Shown: positions 17,456 to 26,209, counted from the stretch's first letter. The stretch is DNA of 28,151 bases from a virus (IMGVR_UViG_3300037045_000044:1-28151), one strand, 5' to 3'. Numbers and translations are program-made. The notes: a model not told the origin generated them from the letters alone.

Positions 17456-17477
17456 TGTCACCGGGGCACCGTAGACT
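17456..17477 (+). promoter_or_regulatory. RecA-NDp/PafBC-like promoter for a leaderless HNH mRNA
   Basis: TGTCAC-N10-TAGACT, then 7 nt and ATG at 17485. Confidence 0.5.
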
Positions 17478-17484
17478 AAGTGTC

Positions 17485-18177
17485 ATGCGCGCAACTCCCT
17501 TCGACGGACCCTTGTTCACCGCCTGCACCTACCAGAAGCCTCCCGGTCGAGGTCACCGCCTCCCCAAGCTGATCGCCCCCGGAACCAAGGTCGCGCGGCT
17601 CACCGCCACCGACACCTTCGGATTCAAGACGCGGCGCGACGGGCGTCAGCGGTGCTTCCAGCTGTTCCTTTGCGACTGCGGCGGCGAGCTTCTCTGCATC
17701 CCTGGGACAGTAGTCACCGGCAACACCTCCTCGTGTGGCTGCGCGCACACGGAGACAGCCAAGGCCTTGATGACCACGCACGGGGCCACGGTTGACCGCT
17801 CCAGCGAGGAGTACCGCCGCTACCGCGCGAATCTCACGCACGTGCGTCGAGCGAAGATTATTGAGACCGCGTTTGAGCAGATTTCCCCTGAACAGTACGC
17901 GAAGCTTCTTGAAGAGCATTCACACAAATGCTGGATCTGTGAACAACCTGCCCGCTTGGTCTGGGACCACGTGCAGCCACTAGCGAAAGGCGGAACCCAC
18001 ACAGTGGACAACCTCCGCCCCGCTTGTGGCCCGTGCAACTCCCGCAAGTCAGACCTCTGGCCGTTCACTGACGCTCGTAGAGAGCAGATTGCTGAAGAGG
18101 TGCGGGCACTACGCGCCTCCCTGAGTGCTATCTCAGACACGGACGGGTTGGAGGTGAGCGCGCATGTCATCCATTGA
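17485..18177 (+). CDS. free-standing HNH homing endonuclease
   Basis: CWIC...WDHVQPLAKGGTHTVDNLRPACGPCNSRK HNH; N-terminal CDCG...GNTSSCGC module; more A/T-ending codons than neighbours; overlaps the portal start by 14 nt. Confidence 0.9.
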   Translation: MRATPFDGPLFTACTYQKPPGRGHRLPKLIAPGTKVARLTATDTFGFKTRRDGRQRCFQLFLCDCGGELLCIPGTVVTGNTSSCGCAHTETAKALMTTHGATVDRSSEEYRRYRANLTHVRRAKIIETAFEQISPEQYAKLLEEHSHKCWICEQPARLVWDHVQPLAKGGTHTVDNLRPACGPCNSRKSDLWPFTDARREQIAEEVRALRASLSAISDTDGLEVSAHVIH

Positions 18178-19853
18178 TTTCTCTCCCGCATCGTACCGAG
18201 CTAGCTCCTCCGATCTGACAGTCTCCATCAGCCCCCTCGGCCTCGTCGAGTTGGCCGATGAGGAGTTTGAAGTTCATGGCCCGCGCCTAAATCGCTACAG
18301 TCTCAACTGGGCGATGTACTTACCTGGGTCATCATTATTCCTACCGGCGACCCACTGGTGAATCGCAGCTCGCGTTCAACTACGTGCGCGCATTCACCGA
18401 CTACCTGATCAACTTCACGTTCGGTCAGGGCGTCCAATTCGCCTCACCCAAGCCCACTGAGGCCATCATCCCTGACCTTCTCAAGAGGGTCTGGGAGGTG
18501 GACAACAACAAGGCCAATCTCATGTGGGAGATCGGGCAGCAAGGTGCCGTTTCAGGTGACTGCTTCATCAAGGTCGCCTACGAAGAGGCGCACGAGGACA
18601 CCATCGGCCGATTCCACCCTGGCCGTGTCCGGGTTCTTCCGCTGAACTCCAGCTTCTGCTTCCCCGAGTTCCACCCCCATGACCGCGACCGGCTGATTCG
18701 ATTCAAGCTGAAGTACCGCTTCTGGGGCACCTCTCTTGAGGGAACCCGCCAGGTGTTCACCTACACCGAGATCATCACGGATGACCGGATCGAGGAGTAC
18801 GTCAACGACGAACTGATCGACTCGCGCGAGAACCCGATGGGCACCATCCCAGTCGTCCACATCCCCAACACGCGGATCGCTGGGTCCCCCTGGGGCCTCT
18901 CCGACTGCAACGACATCCTGTCGCTCAACAGGCACTACAACGAAGTGTCGACCGACATCGCGGACATCATCAACTACCACTCCGCACCGGTCACCATCGT
19001 CTCCGGCGCCAAGGCCTCCACCCTGGAGAAGGGCGCCAACAAGGTCTGGGGCATCCCCAACAAGGACGCCAAGGTCTACAACCTCGAAGGCGGCGGCACC
19101 GGCCTGGCCGGGGCGATGACGTACATCGAGGGCATCAAGCGCTCCATGCACGAGATGGTCGGCGTCCCCGAAAGCGCACTGGGCCAGATGCAGCCGATCT
19201 CGAACACCTCGGGTGTCGCGCTGTCGATCATGTACCAGCCGCTGATGAACAAGTGGCGCCAGAAGACGGCTCTCTACGCCAAGGGCCTTGAGCGCGTCAA
19301 CGAGTTGATCATCCTCCTCATCGCCATCAAAGAGCCTGAGATGCTCGTGTGGCAGGAGACCGACCCGGTTGCACTGCGCCCCGGGCAGTTCCCCGCGCTC
19401 GACCCGAATGACCCGCAGACCTACCGCTCGGAGGCGCACTTCCCGCCGCCGCTGCCGTTCGACAAGCTGGTCGTCCTCAACGAGATCCAGGCCAAGATGG
19501 CCATGGGCCTTGAGTCGAAGGAAGGCGCACTCCGCGCACTGGGCGAAGAGTTCCCCGACGAGAAGATGACCGAGATCCGCGAGGAGCTGGTCGAAGAGGC
19601 CAAGGCCGACGGCGCTCTCGAACTCATCAAGTCTCAGATTCAGCTTGCCACCATGTTCATGACCGGCATGGATCCGATGGGCGGAGAAATGGGCGGCGGC
19701 GCTGGTGGCGAAGAGGGAATGGCCCCGGCTGGTCCGGTAATCCCGCCCGAGGGAATGCAGGCCATCATGCAGCTTCAAGCAGAGCTGGTCACCCGCGCCT
19801 ACGGCACCAAGGCCGCTCAGTCGAGTTTCGCGCTCCCTCAGAAGGACGAGTAA
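18164..19853 (+). CDS. portal protein encoded in two frames (18164-18319 joined to 18324-19853 by skipping 4 nt; about 561 aa)
   Basis: ORF1 MSSIDFSP...RYSLNWAMY (SD GGAGGTG) continues in the +1 frame as LGHHYSYRRPTGESQLAFNYVRAFTDY; the rest has SPP1-like portal motifs (IPVVHIPN, WGLSD, SNTSGVAL). Confidence 0.9.
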
Positions 19854-20006
19854 GAGATTGGCACAAGTCTCAGTGACTTTTACTGGGACAAAGTGCCCCT
19901 CTCAATAGCAATCTGGACTCGTCAACATTTCTGTTGGTCACATTTGGGCTACGCGGTTCTTCGGAACGGCACTTCGGACAACGACCTATCTACACGAAGG
20001 TAAAAC

Positions 20007-20828
20007 ATGTCGCAACTCGATCAGAGCGCATTCAACTCCGAGGTCACCGCAGCCGGGATCACCCCGGGCACGATCATCTCAGACACGAGCGCAGGGATCC
20101 TGGTGGGAACCGACGCCCCGACGCCGAAGTTCACCACGTCGACCACGACCACGGCCGACACCGGCAAGATCGCCGGGAAGTACACCGAGGAGGACCTCGC
20201 CAGGGTCCGTCAGCAGGAGAAGGACAAGCTGTACCCCCAGTTGGAGACGCTCAAGGAGATGGTCTCTCGTCTGGAGAAGGAGCGCGAGGAGCGGGAAGCC
20301 GCTGAGCAGGCCGCTATTCGCGCAGCCGAGGAGAGCGTTCGACTGAAGACCGAATCCGAGACCGACCTCCGAACCCTTCTCTCGCAGAAGGATCAGGAGT
20401 GGCAGGCGCGAATCGATGCCGAGCGGGCCGAGCGTGAGAGCGCCTTCGCCCTGCTGGACCGAGAGCGCGAGTACCAGGCCTTGGAGGAGTTCCGCCACAA
20501 CCAGATCGTCGCAGCCCAGGATGACATCCTGCCGGAACTGCTGGACCTGGTGAAGGGCAATTCCCAGGAGGAGATCGCCACCTCCATCAACTCTCTCAAG
20601 GAGCGCTCGGCGCGGATCCTTGAGTCAGCGCAGACTGCGATGCAGTCGGCCCGCCGAGACATGGTGGGATCGCGGGTCACCGCCCCCTCCATCGGACCCA
20701 TGGACACACAGACGGACCACCAGCAGTTCACGCCCGATTCGATTCGGGCAATGTCGATCAACGAGTACGCCAAGAACCGCTCTCGCCTGTTGGGGACCAA
20801 CCCCAGCAACCGGGGCATGTTCGGGTAA
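20007..20828 (+). CDS. capsid scaffolding protein
   Basis: Coiled-coil-rich; YTEEDLARVRQQEKDKLYP and MS.NEYAKNR..LLG; lies between portal and capsid. Confidence 0.85.
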   Translation: MSQLDQSAFNSEVTAAGITPGTIISDTSAGILVGTDAPTPKFTTSTTTTADTGKIAGKYTEEDLARVRQQEKDKLYPQLETLKEMVSRLEKEREEREAAEQAAIRAAEESVRLKTESETDLRTLLSQKDQEWQARIDAERAERESAFALLDREREYQALEEFRHNQIVAAQDDILPELLDLVKGNSQEEIATSINSLKERSARILESAQTAMQSARRDMVGSRVTAPSIGPMDTQTDHQQFTPDSIRAMSINEYAKNRSRLLGTNPSNRGMFG

Positions 20829-20882
20829 ATCCGGAAAGCACCAAACCCCCACCCACGTACTCGTTCCTAGGAGAACACAACC

Positions 20883-21896
20883 ATGGCTTCTGGTATCACC
20901 GGAACCGGCGGTCTTGCCGCTTCGCCCACCGCCTACTCGGGCACCAACTCTCAGCTGACGCAGGCCATCCAGACCATCTGGTCCAAGGAGATCCTGTTCC
21001 AGGCGATGCCGATCCTGCGCTTCGAGCAGTTCGCCGTCAAGAAGACCGAACTGGGCGTTGCCCCCGGTCTCACGATCAAGTTCATGCGGTACGACAACCT
21101 GGAGGTGCCCGCCGGGCCCCTCACCGAGGGTGTCCGCATGGAGACCGCGGCCCTGACCTCGTCTCAGTTCGACATCACCGTCGCTGAGCACGGCAAGGCC
21201 ATCGCCGTCTCCGAGCTGCTGCTCAACGCGTCCTTCGACGACGTCATGGCTTCGGCCTCGCGCCTCCTGGGCCGCAACATGGCCCTCTACCTGGACGGCC
21301 AGGCCCGCGACACGCTGCTCCTGGGCACCTCGGTGAACTTCGGCTACCTGCCCGCGACCGACTCGACCGCCAAGTACGGCGCCTACGCCGCCGGTACCAA
21401 GGCCGCGAACCGCGCCGCGCTGACCGGTGGGCACTACCTGTCCCCCCACGCGATCAAGGACACCGTCGAGACCCTGGCGACGAAGAACGTCCCGCGCCTG
21501 GGCGAGACCTACGTCTCGTTCGTCCACCCGCACCAGTCCCGCACCCTGCGCGACCACCCGGAGTTCATCGAGGTCACGAAGTACGCGGCCCCCGGCAACT
21601 TCATGCTCGGTGAGATCGGTCGTCTCTACGACACCGTGTTCATCGAGACCACGCAGGTCAAGAAGCTGGTCGCGGCCGGTGGCGACCCCGACGGCGCAGG
21701 CGCCCTGCCCGCCGGAGACGTGTACCAGGCGATCACCATCGGTGACAACGCGTTCGGCCACGCGATCTCCCTGCCCGTGGAACTCCGCGACGGCGGCATC
21801 CTCGACTTCGGTCGTGAGCACGCCCTCTCGTGGTACTCCATCTGGGGCATGGGCAAGATCACCGACAATGCGATCGTGATCACAGAGACCAACTGA
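20883..21896 (+). CDS. major capsid protein (N4-gp56-like family)
   Basis: WSKEILFQAMPILRFEQFA, FVHPHQ...L, GEIG...DFGREH..LSWY; strongly biased codons; SD AGGAG. Confidence 0.93.
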   Translation: MASGITGTGGLAASPTAYSGTNSQLTQAIQTIWSKEILFQAMPILRFEQFAVKKTELGVAPGLTIKFMRYDNLEVPAGPLTEGVRMETAALTSSQFDITVAEHGKAIAVSELLLNASFDDVMASASRLLGRNMALYLDGQARDTLLLGTSVNFGYLPATDSTAKYGAYAAGTKAANRAALTGGHYLSPHAIKDTVETLATKNVPRLGETYVSFVHPHQSRTLRDHPEFIEVTKYAAPGNFMLGEIGRLYDTVFIETTQVKKLVAAGGDPDGAGALPAGDVYQAITIGDNAFGHAISLPVELRDGGILDFGREHALSWYSIWGMGKITDNAIVITETN

Positions 21897-21932
21897 GCGC
21901 CTAGTCAGGGACGTTTGAACGACGTTCAAGTC

Positions 21933-21960
21933 GAGCCGGGTCCTTCGGGGCCCGGCTCTT
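21933..21960 (+). terminator. terminator after major capsid gene
   Basis: GAGCCGGGTCC-TTCG-GGGCCCGGCTC with a cUUCGg tetraloop, then TT. Confidence 0.8.
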
Positions 21961-22105
21961 CCCGTTCCCCCACAAGTCGTACCATCACAGACGGTCAATT
22001 CCGGGCAGTGGTCACTAGTAGTGACCGCGGGGTTTATGCGGACACACACCCGTCGACTGAGACAAGCTAGATCCTGAGCTACTCACCAACTTAGGAGAAT
22101 GAATC

Positions 22106-22474
22106 GTGGCAGGAACTCCCAGAAGCCGTGCGTCGGACCTGACCGGTCGTCAGATCGAAGCGGCCAACGACAAGCGCGACGCCGAGATCGAATCGCGCGC
22201 CCAGGAACTCAGCATGGTGACCGCGGCGGCGAAGGAGGCGATCTCGAACGAGATCATCGACCTCTCGAACCCGTCGGCTCCCGTCGCCATCGCGGTCGAG
22301 GAGATCGAGGAGATCGAGGTCCAGGTCGCTGAGAAGGAAGTCACCATCCGGGTCAACGAGAACATCGACATGACCTACGGCGGCGTCTCCTACAAGATGG
22401 ACGTCGGCCCGAAGTACAAGGTCGCGAAGCACATCGCGGACTGGCTTGAGGAAAAGGGCATCGTCTGGCACTGA
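22106..22474 (+). CDS. conserved hypothetical protein (head module)
   Basis: SD AGGAG; DLTGR...IRVNENIDMTYG...KYKV...IADWLEEKG. Confidence 0.8.
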   Translation: MAGTPRSRASDLTGRQIEAANDKRDAEIESRAQELSMVTAAAKEAISNEIIDLSNPSAPVAIAVEEIEEIEVQVAEKEVTIRVNENIDMTYGGVSYKMDVGPKYKVAKHIADWLEEKGIVWH

Positions 22475-22486
22475 TCCAGTCTCACT

Positions 22487-22532
22487 GAAACCCCCGCCTC
22501 GGGCTTCGCTACCCCCTAGAGGCGGGGGTTTC
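22487..22532. terminator. hairpin / terminator
   Basis: 14-bp perfect stem GAAACCCCCGCCTC/GAGGCGGGGGTTTC. Confidence 0.75.
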
Positions 22533-22605
22533 GCCGTCCCCAGGACTTAGTCCGGACACCGCCAGAATCTTCCTGGAACATGGTGTGTGAGCCCCCGGAG
22601 GTAAT

Positions 22606-23649
22606 GTGCCGCCCACTGTCCAAAGCATCGCTGACCGAGTTCGTATTGAACTCGGAGACACCCCCACCACTTTCGACATTGTGGTGACGGGGAACGGTGT
22701 TGCCGTGCGCTTTGAGACCGGGCATTACCCGCTCGACGGGATGGCCCTCCAGATCGAAGTCGGCGGTGTCGCGGTTATCGAGGCGGAGGTGGAGGAGAGG
22801 ACCGGAGTGGTCACCTTCGACACGCCTCCGGCTGATGGCGCCGTGGTTCGATTCCGCGGGGTGAAGTACCGGTACTTCGGAGGCAGTGACATCACCGCTT
22901 TCGTTGAGACCGCGATGGCCGAGCAATTCCACCGTCGCACTGACGACTTCGGTCGCCAGATCACCTTGCAGAACATGCCGCTGGTGGAGGAGTACCCACT
23001 GGCGGTTCTGGCCACCACCAAGGCCCTCTGGGCCCTCCTGACGGACGCCAGCTTCGACATCGACATCCACGCCCCTGACGGCGTTTCCATCCCGCGGTCG
23101 CAGCGACACCGGCAGCTCATGGACATGCTGGCCTCCCGCCAGCAGCAGTACCGCGAGTACTCAGCCGCCCTCAACATCGGCATCGACCGTATCGAGGTCT
23201 TCAAACTCCGGAGGGTGTCTCACTCGACCGGGCGACTGGTGCCGGTCTGGATTGAGCGTGAGATCGATAACAACTCCTCGCCGCAGCGGGCGTGGCTGCC
23301 GACCAACACCTACGGCGCGGATCCGATGGCGAGTACTAAGACGACCTACGACATCTCCCTCATCCGCGGTGACCTTCTGGAGTTCCAGATCGACCTCGGA
23401 TTCGACGTCACGGGATTCTCGTACATGGCGCAGATCAAGCAATACGAGAACTCTCAGACCACGCTCTTCCCGCTTGAGATCACGCAGCTGGCCCCGACGA
23501 TCCTGGGCTTCCGCATGAGCCCGAAGGTGACCTCGAACATGCCCCTCCAGTCTGTCTGGGATCTCCAGCTGACGTCCCTCACGGACCCCGAAGACGTCCG
23601 CACACCTGTCGGTGGGCGCGTCTTCTGCGAGCGCGACGTCACCCGATGA
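22606..23649 (+). CDS. putative head-tail adaptor / neck protein with C-terminal Ig-like domain
   Basis: IADRVRIELGD N-terminus and LLTDASFDIDI...DGVSIPRSQR; position after the capsid; SD GGAGG. Confidence 0.65.
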   Translation: MPPTVQSIADRVRIELGDTPTTFDIVVTGNGVAVRFETGHYPLDGMALQIEVGGVAVIEAEVEERTGVVTFDTPPADGAVVRFRGVKYRYFGGSDITAFVETAMAEQFHRRTDDFGRQITLQNMPLVEEYPLAVLATTKALWALLTDASFDIDIHAPDGVSIPRSQRHRQLMDMLASRQQQYREYSAALNIGIDRIEVFKLRRVSHSTGRLVPVWIEREIDNNSSPQRAWLPTNTYGADPMASTKTTYDISLIRGDLLEFQIDLGFDVTGFSYMAQIKQYENSQTTLFPLEITQLAPTILGFRMSPKVTSNMPLQSVWDLQLTSLTDPEDVRTPVGGRVFCERDVTR

Positions 23650-23679
23650 AAGTAACCCACCCCGAAGAAGGAAACCCTT

Positions 23680-24951
23680 ATGCCTGAACTCACCCCGTAC
23701 ACGGGGGACCTGTCCGGTTTGTCGGACGAGGAACTGCTGTCACTCCTGCCCGACGACGAGGCGATGCCGAAGCCGGGCGCGGACAACGCGCTGGGGATGG
23801 CCTCGTTCGTCGACACCACCCCCGAGCCCGTGGATCCGGTCAACCCGGAGATCGTCGTGCCCGCCTTCGTCGCGTCCCTCATCCGGACGATCACCCCCAT
23901 GGTCGTCGGCTGGGTCATCGCGGGCCTGACCGGAGTAGGCCTCCTCGTGGGCGGCTGGCTGGGTGTCAGCCTCGGCCTTCCCGCCGATCTCGCCGCCTGG
24001 CTGGAGACGAGCGTCCCGCTGATCCTCGGCTCCTGCTACTACTTCCTCGCCCGGAAGCTGGAGCAGCGATGGCCGTCGATCCCGTGGCTCGGGTCGCGTC
24101 GTCAGCCGGTGTACACGGATCCCGCCGTGCCGGTCGACGGTGTCTCACTCGCCGGTCCTGCTGCCTTCTTGTCTCTCGTCTCCACCGGACAGGTCCTTAT
24201 TCACTCGCGCCGCGGATGCACCTGCCAGCGTGACACTCTGCCCAAGATCGAGGCTGAGCTACGCGCCTTGGGGGTCATCATCCAGGACCTGGCGGGTCTA
24301 ATCACCCAACAGGCGTACAACAGCACCGTCTCCGCGTCGAAGAGCACGCACGGCGGTGGTGGAGTGTGGGATGTCCCCGCCCGGCTGGTCGACACGGATG
24401 AGAAGCGGGCCGTGTGGCTGAAGTGGGGCTGGGTCCCGTTCTACCGTGTGACCGCCGACGCGCCGGTCTCGAAGTGGGCTCCCCACGGCCACCTCGTCGT
24501 GATCGGCTGCACGCACCGCGCGCTGTCCGCTGTCGCGCAGGAGGAGTCGTTCCGGCGAGGCCGCAACGGTCTGGCCAACAACGGCCCGTTCCGCGGGAAG
24601 CTCCCGGCGGTCATCCGCACCTGGGCCCAGGCACTTGTCGCCAACGCCCCCAAGCCGGTGACCCCCAAGCCGGTGGTCAAGCCTGCCGCCCCGAAGCCGG
24701 TGGTTTCTCCGCTCAGGGACCTGAAGCGTGGGGTGTCGGGCAACGACGTCAAGAAGCTCCAGTCTGAGCTGCTGCGTGTGTTCCCGTCATACGCCAAGCG
24801 GATCCGCTGGAGTGGGGGCCCGAACACGAAGTTCGGACCCGCGACCGAGGCAGTGGTCAAGGAGTTCCAGCGCAGAGCCCGCCTGAAGGTCGACGGGATC
24901 GTCGGCTCGGTCACCCGCGCAGCCCTCAAGCGCAACGGCGTCCGCCTCTAG
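23680..24951 (+). CDS. endolysin (Zn-peptidase-like domain plus PG-binding domain) with an N-terminal holin-like membrane domain
   Basis: SASKSTHGGGGVWD and PHGH metal-binding motifs; PKPV linker; LKRGVSGNDVKKLQ...FGPATEAVVKEFQ...VDGIVG PG_binding_1; hydrophobic SLIRTITP...YYFLARKLEQRWP...LGS..QP.Y segment. Confidence 0.85.
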   Translation: MPELTPYTGDLSGLSDEELLSLLPDDEAMPKPGADNALGMASFVDTTPEPVDPVNPEIVVPAFVASLIRTITPMVVGWVIAGLTGVGLLVGGWLGVSLGLPADLAAWLETSVPLILGSCYYFLARKLEQRWPSIPWLGSRRQPVYTDPAVPVDGVSLAGPAAFLSLVSTGQVLIHSRRGCTCQRDTLPKIEAELRALGVIIQDLAGLITQQAYNSTVSASKSTHGGGGVWDVPARLVDTDEKRAVWLKWGWVPFYRVTADAPVSKWAPHGHLVVIGCTHRALSAVAQEESFRRGRNGLANNGPFRGKLPAVIRTWAQALVANAPKPVTPKPVVKPAAPKPVVSPLRDLKRGVSGNDVKKLQSELLRVFPSYAKRIRWSGGPNTKFGPATEAVVKEFQRRARLKVDGIVGSVTRAALKRNGVRL

Positions 24952-24964
24952 GCGACACAACGAG

Positions 24965-24998
24965 AAGAGCCCCCACCGGTTTGGCGGGGGCTCTTTTT
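24965..24998. terminator. bidirectional intrinsic terminator
   Basis: AAGAGCCCCC/GGGGGCTCTT plus T tract, between convergent genes. Confidence 0.85.
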
Positions 24999-25009
24999 GT
25001 GCTCCAATC

Positions 25010-25438
25010 TCATGTCGGACAGGCGCCCGGCATCCCTGGGTAACAGATGGCGATCTTGTGGAGGTCAAGCTTCTCGCGGCAATCCGGGCAGGGCTGACAC
25101 GTGATGTGGACGACTACCTGGTGGAGCGGGAGGTTCGTGTGTTCCATAAGCCACTCGACACCGTTCGTCTCAGCGTGGTTGGCGATGCAGTTCCCATAGC
25201 CCGTGAAGGCGGGCTGTTCGTCGTAGCTGAGCTGGCCCCGGGGACAGGCGCCGGTCAGACAACCAGGGATCCCTGGCAGCTTGGTGCCGTTGTACCCGGT
25301 GGCCACGATGCGGTTCTTGTAGGTAAACACCGCGCCCACCTTCCGCCTGACGCAATCTGCGCGCACCGCGGTGGCCTCCGCCATACCACTGAAGTACGCG
25401 CACCAACTGGGGCGTTCATCGGTCAATACGTCAGCCAT
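25010..25438 (-). CDS. dCMP deaminase
   Basis: RPSW..YF, C.RRKVGAV, ATGYNG, HAE and PCPDC zinc motifs; ATG at 25438. Confidence 0.92.
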   Translation of the reverse strand: MADVLTDERPSWCAYFSGMAEATAVRADCVRRKVGAVFTYKNRIVATGYNGTKLPGIPGCLTGACPRGQLSYDEQPAFTGYGNCIANHAETNGVEWLMEHTNLPLHQVVVHITCQPCPDCREKLDLHKIAICYPGMPGACPT

Positions 25439-25608
25439 GACGGCCACCTTTCGAGATGTCGGCGCACCCAGGACAGAGCGGTGGCCCACCCGCAGCGGGA
25501 ACTCTCCGCACACCAGGGGGAGGCCTCCGCAGACCAGCGGATGTCCCGGAGGATGCTGGCAAGCTCATCGCGTTGGGCGGTGAGCGCCGCGATTTCCTGC
25601 TCACTCAA
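25423..25608 (-). CDS. hypothetical protein (61 aa)
   Basis: TTG start overlapping the previous TGA (TTGA); GGGGAG upstream. Confidence 0.55.
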   Translation of the reverse strand: MSEQEIAALTAQRDELASILRDIRWSAEASPWCAESSRCGWATALSWVRRHLERWPSWLTY

Positions 25609-25781
25609 CCTTTGCTCCCCTCAGCTTCCAGCGCCTGGATCGTCTCGCAGGGGTAGGCCCGGCGGCAGTGGTCACAGAGATCTGGGAACTCGGTCTGCCC
25701 GAAGTGCGTGAAGTCTCCCCAGGCCTGCCAGGGACGCTGGAAATGCAGGGTCCTCACCCGGGCGACCGCTGCTTCACTCAT
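25605..25781 (-). CDS. small Zn-binding protein (58 aa, MSEAAVARVRTLH...CDHCRRAYPCETIQAL)
   Basis: Hand-translated; RVR.LH...CxxC...YPC.T..AL motif common in actinophages; TGATG overlap. Confidence 0.75.
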   Translation of the reverse strand: MSEAAVARVRTLHFQRPWQAWGDFTHFGQTEFPDLCDHCRRAYPCETIQALEAEGSKG

Positions 25782-26087
25782 CAGCGGGTCCCGTTGATGG
25801 CGGCGCGAACCTTGCGCGCACTCTCGACGAACTCAGCCCCGGCGCACAGGAGCGAGTCCGCGATCTCCTCGGGGATCCCCGGCGTCTTGCTGTAGGCCAT
25901 CAGGTGCTCGCCACGTGAGTGCCATCCGTCCGCCAGCTCCTGTACGCGCCTGAGCGCCTCGGAGAGCTTGTCGCGCTCCTTCGCCGCGGCCAGCAGTGCC
26001 AGCACCTCGCCGTCAGGCATGACGACCGCCGCCATCTTGACGCGCGCGTACTACGTCGAGACGCTCTGGGGTGAGTTCCACGCTCAT
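25781..26087 (-). pseudogene. hypothetical protein apparently broken by a +1 frameshift near 26050-26055 (or a 24-aa ORF plus an 84-aa ORF from 26035)
   Basis: Coupled ATG at 26087 reads MSVELTPERLD; the body (YARVKMAAVVMPDGEVLALL...) is in the +1 frame behind a TAG. Confidence 0.5.
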
Positions 26088-26209
26088 GAGAGTGACCCTT
26101 CGGGGTAGTCGGTTGCGGGGTTGTTGGTCACGACGGGCCCGAGCATGAGCGCCCAGATCCCGGCGGCTGTGGCGAGGCAGACGAACATGACCAACGCGGG
26201 GCGGATCAT
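26084..26209 (-). CDS. small membrane protein (41 aa)
   Basis: ATGA overlaps at both ends; hydrophobic helix. Confidence 0.65.
   Translation of the reverse strand: MIRPALVMFVCLATAAGIWALMLGPVVTNNPATDYPEGSLS

Noticed and set aside
18164-18400. Group I intron as the cause of the split portal
   Set aside because: Only 4 extra nucleotides separate the two coding parts and the HNH lies upstream of the start codon, so there is no room for a ribozyme core
18384-19853. Portal as a stand-alone 489-aa ORF from GTG 18384 with a separate 65-aa gene upstream
   Set aside because: No SD at 18384, the frame is open and portal-like upstream (YLGHHYSYRR...FNY), and the 65-aa ORF looks like the portal N-terminus; one gene with a frame switch fits better
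20625-22049. Long antisense ORFs (also 18552-19778, 2711-3706, 27594-28151)
   Set aside because: Shadow frames of GC3-biased genes; no motifs or ribosome-binding sites
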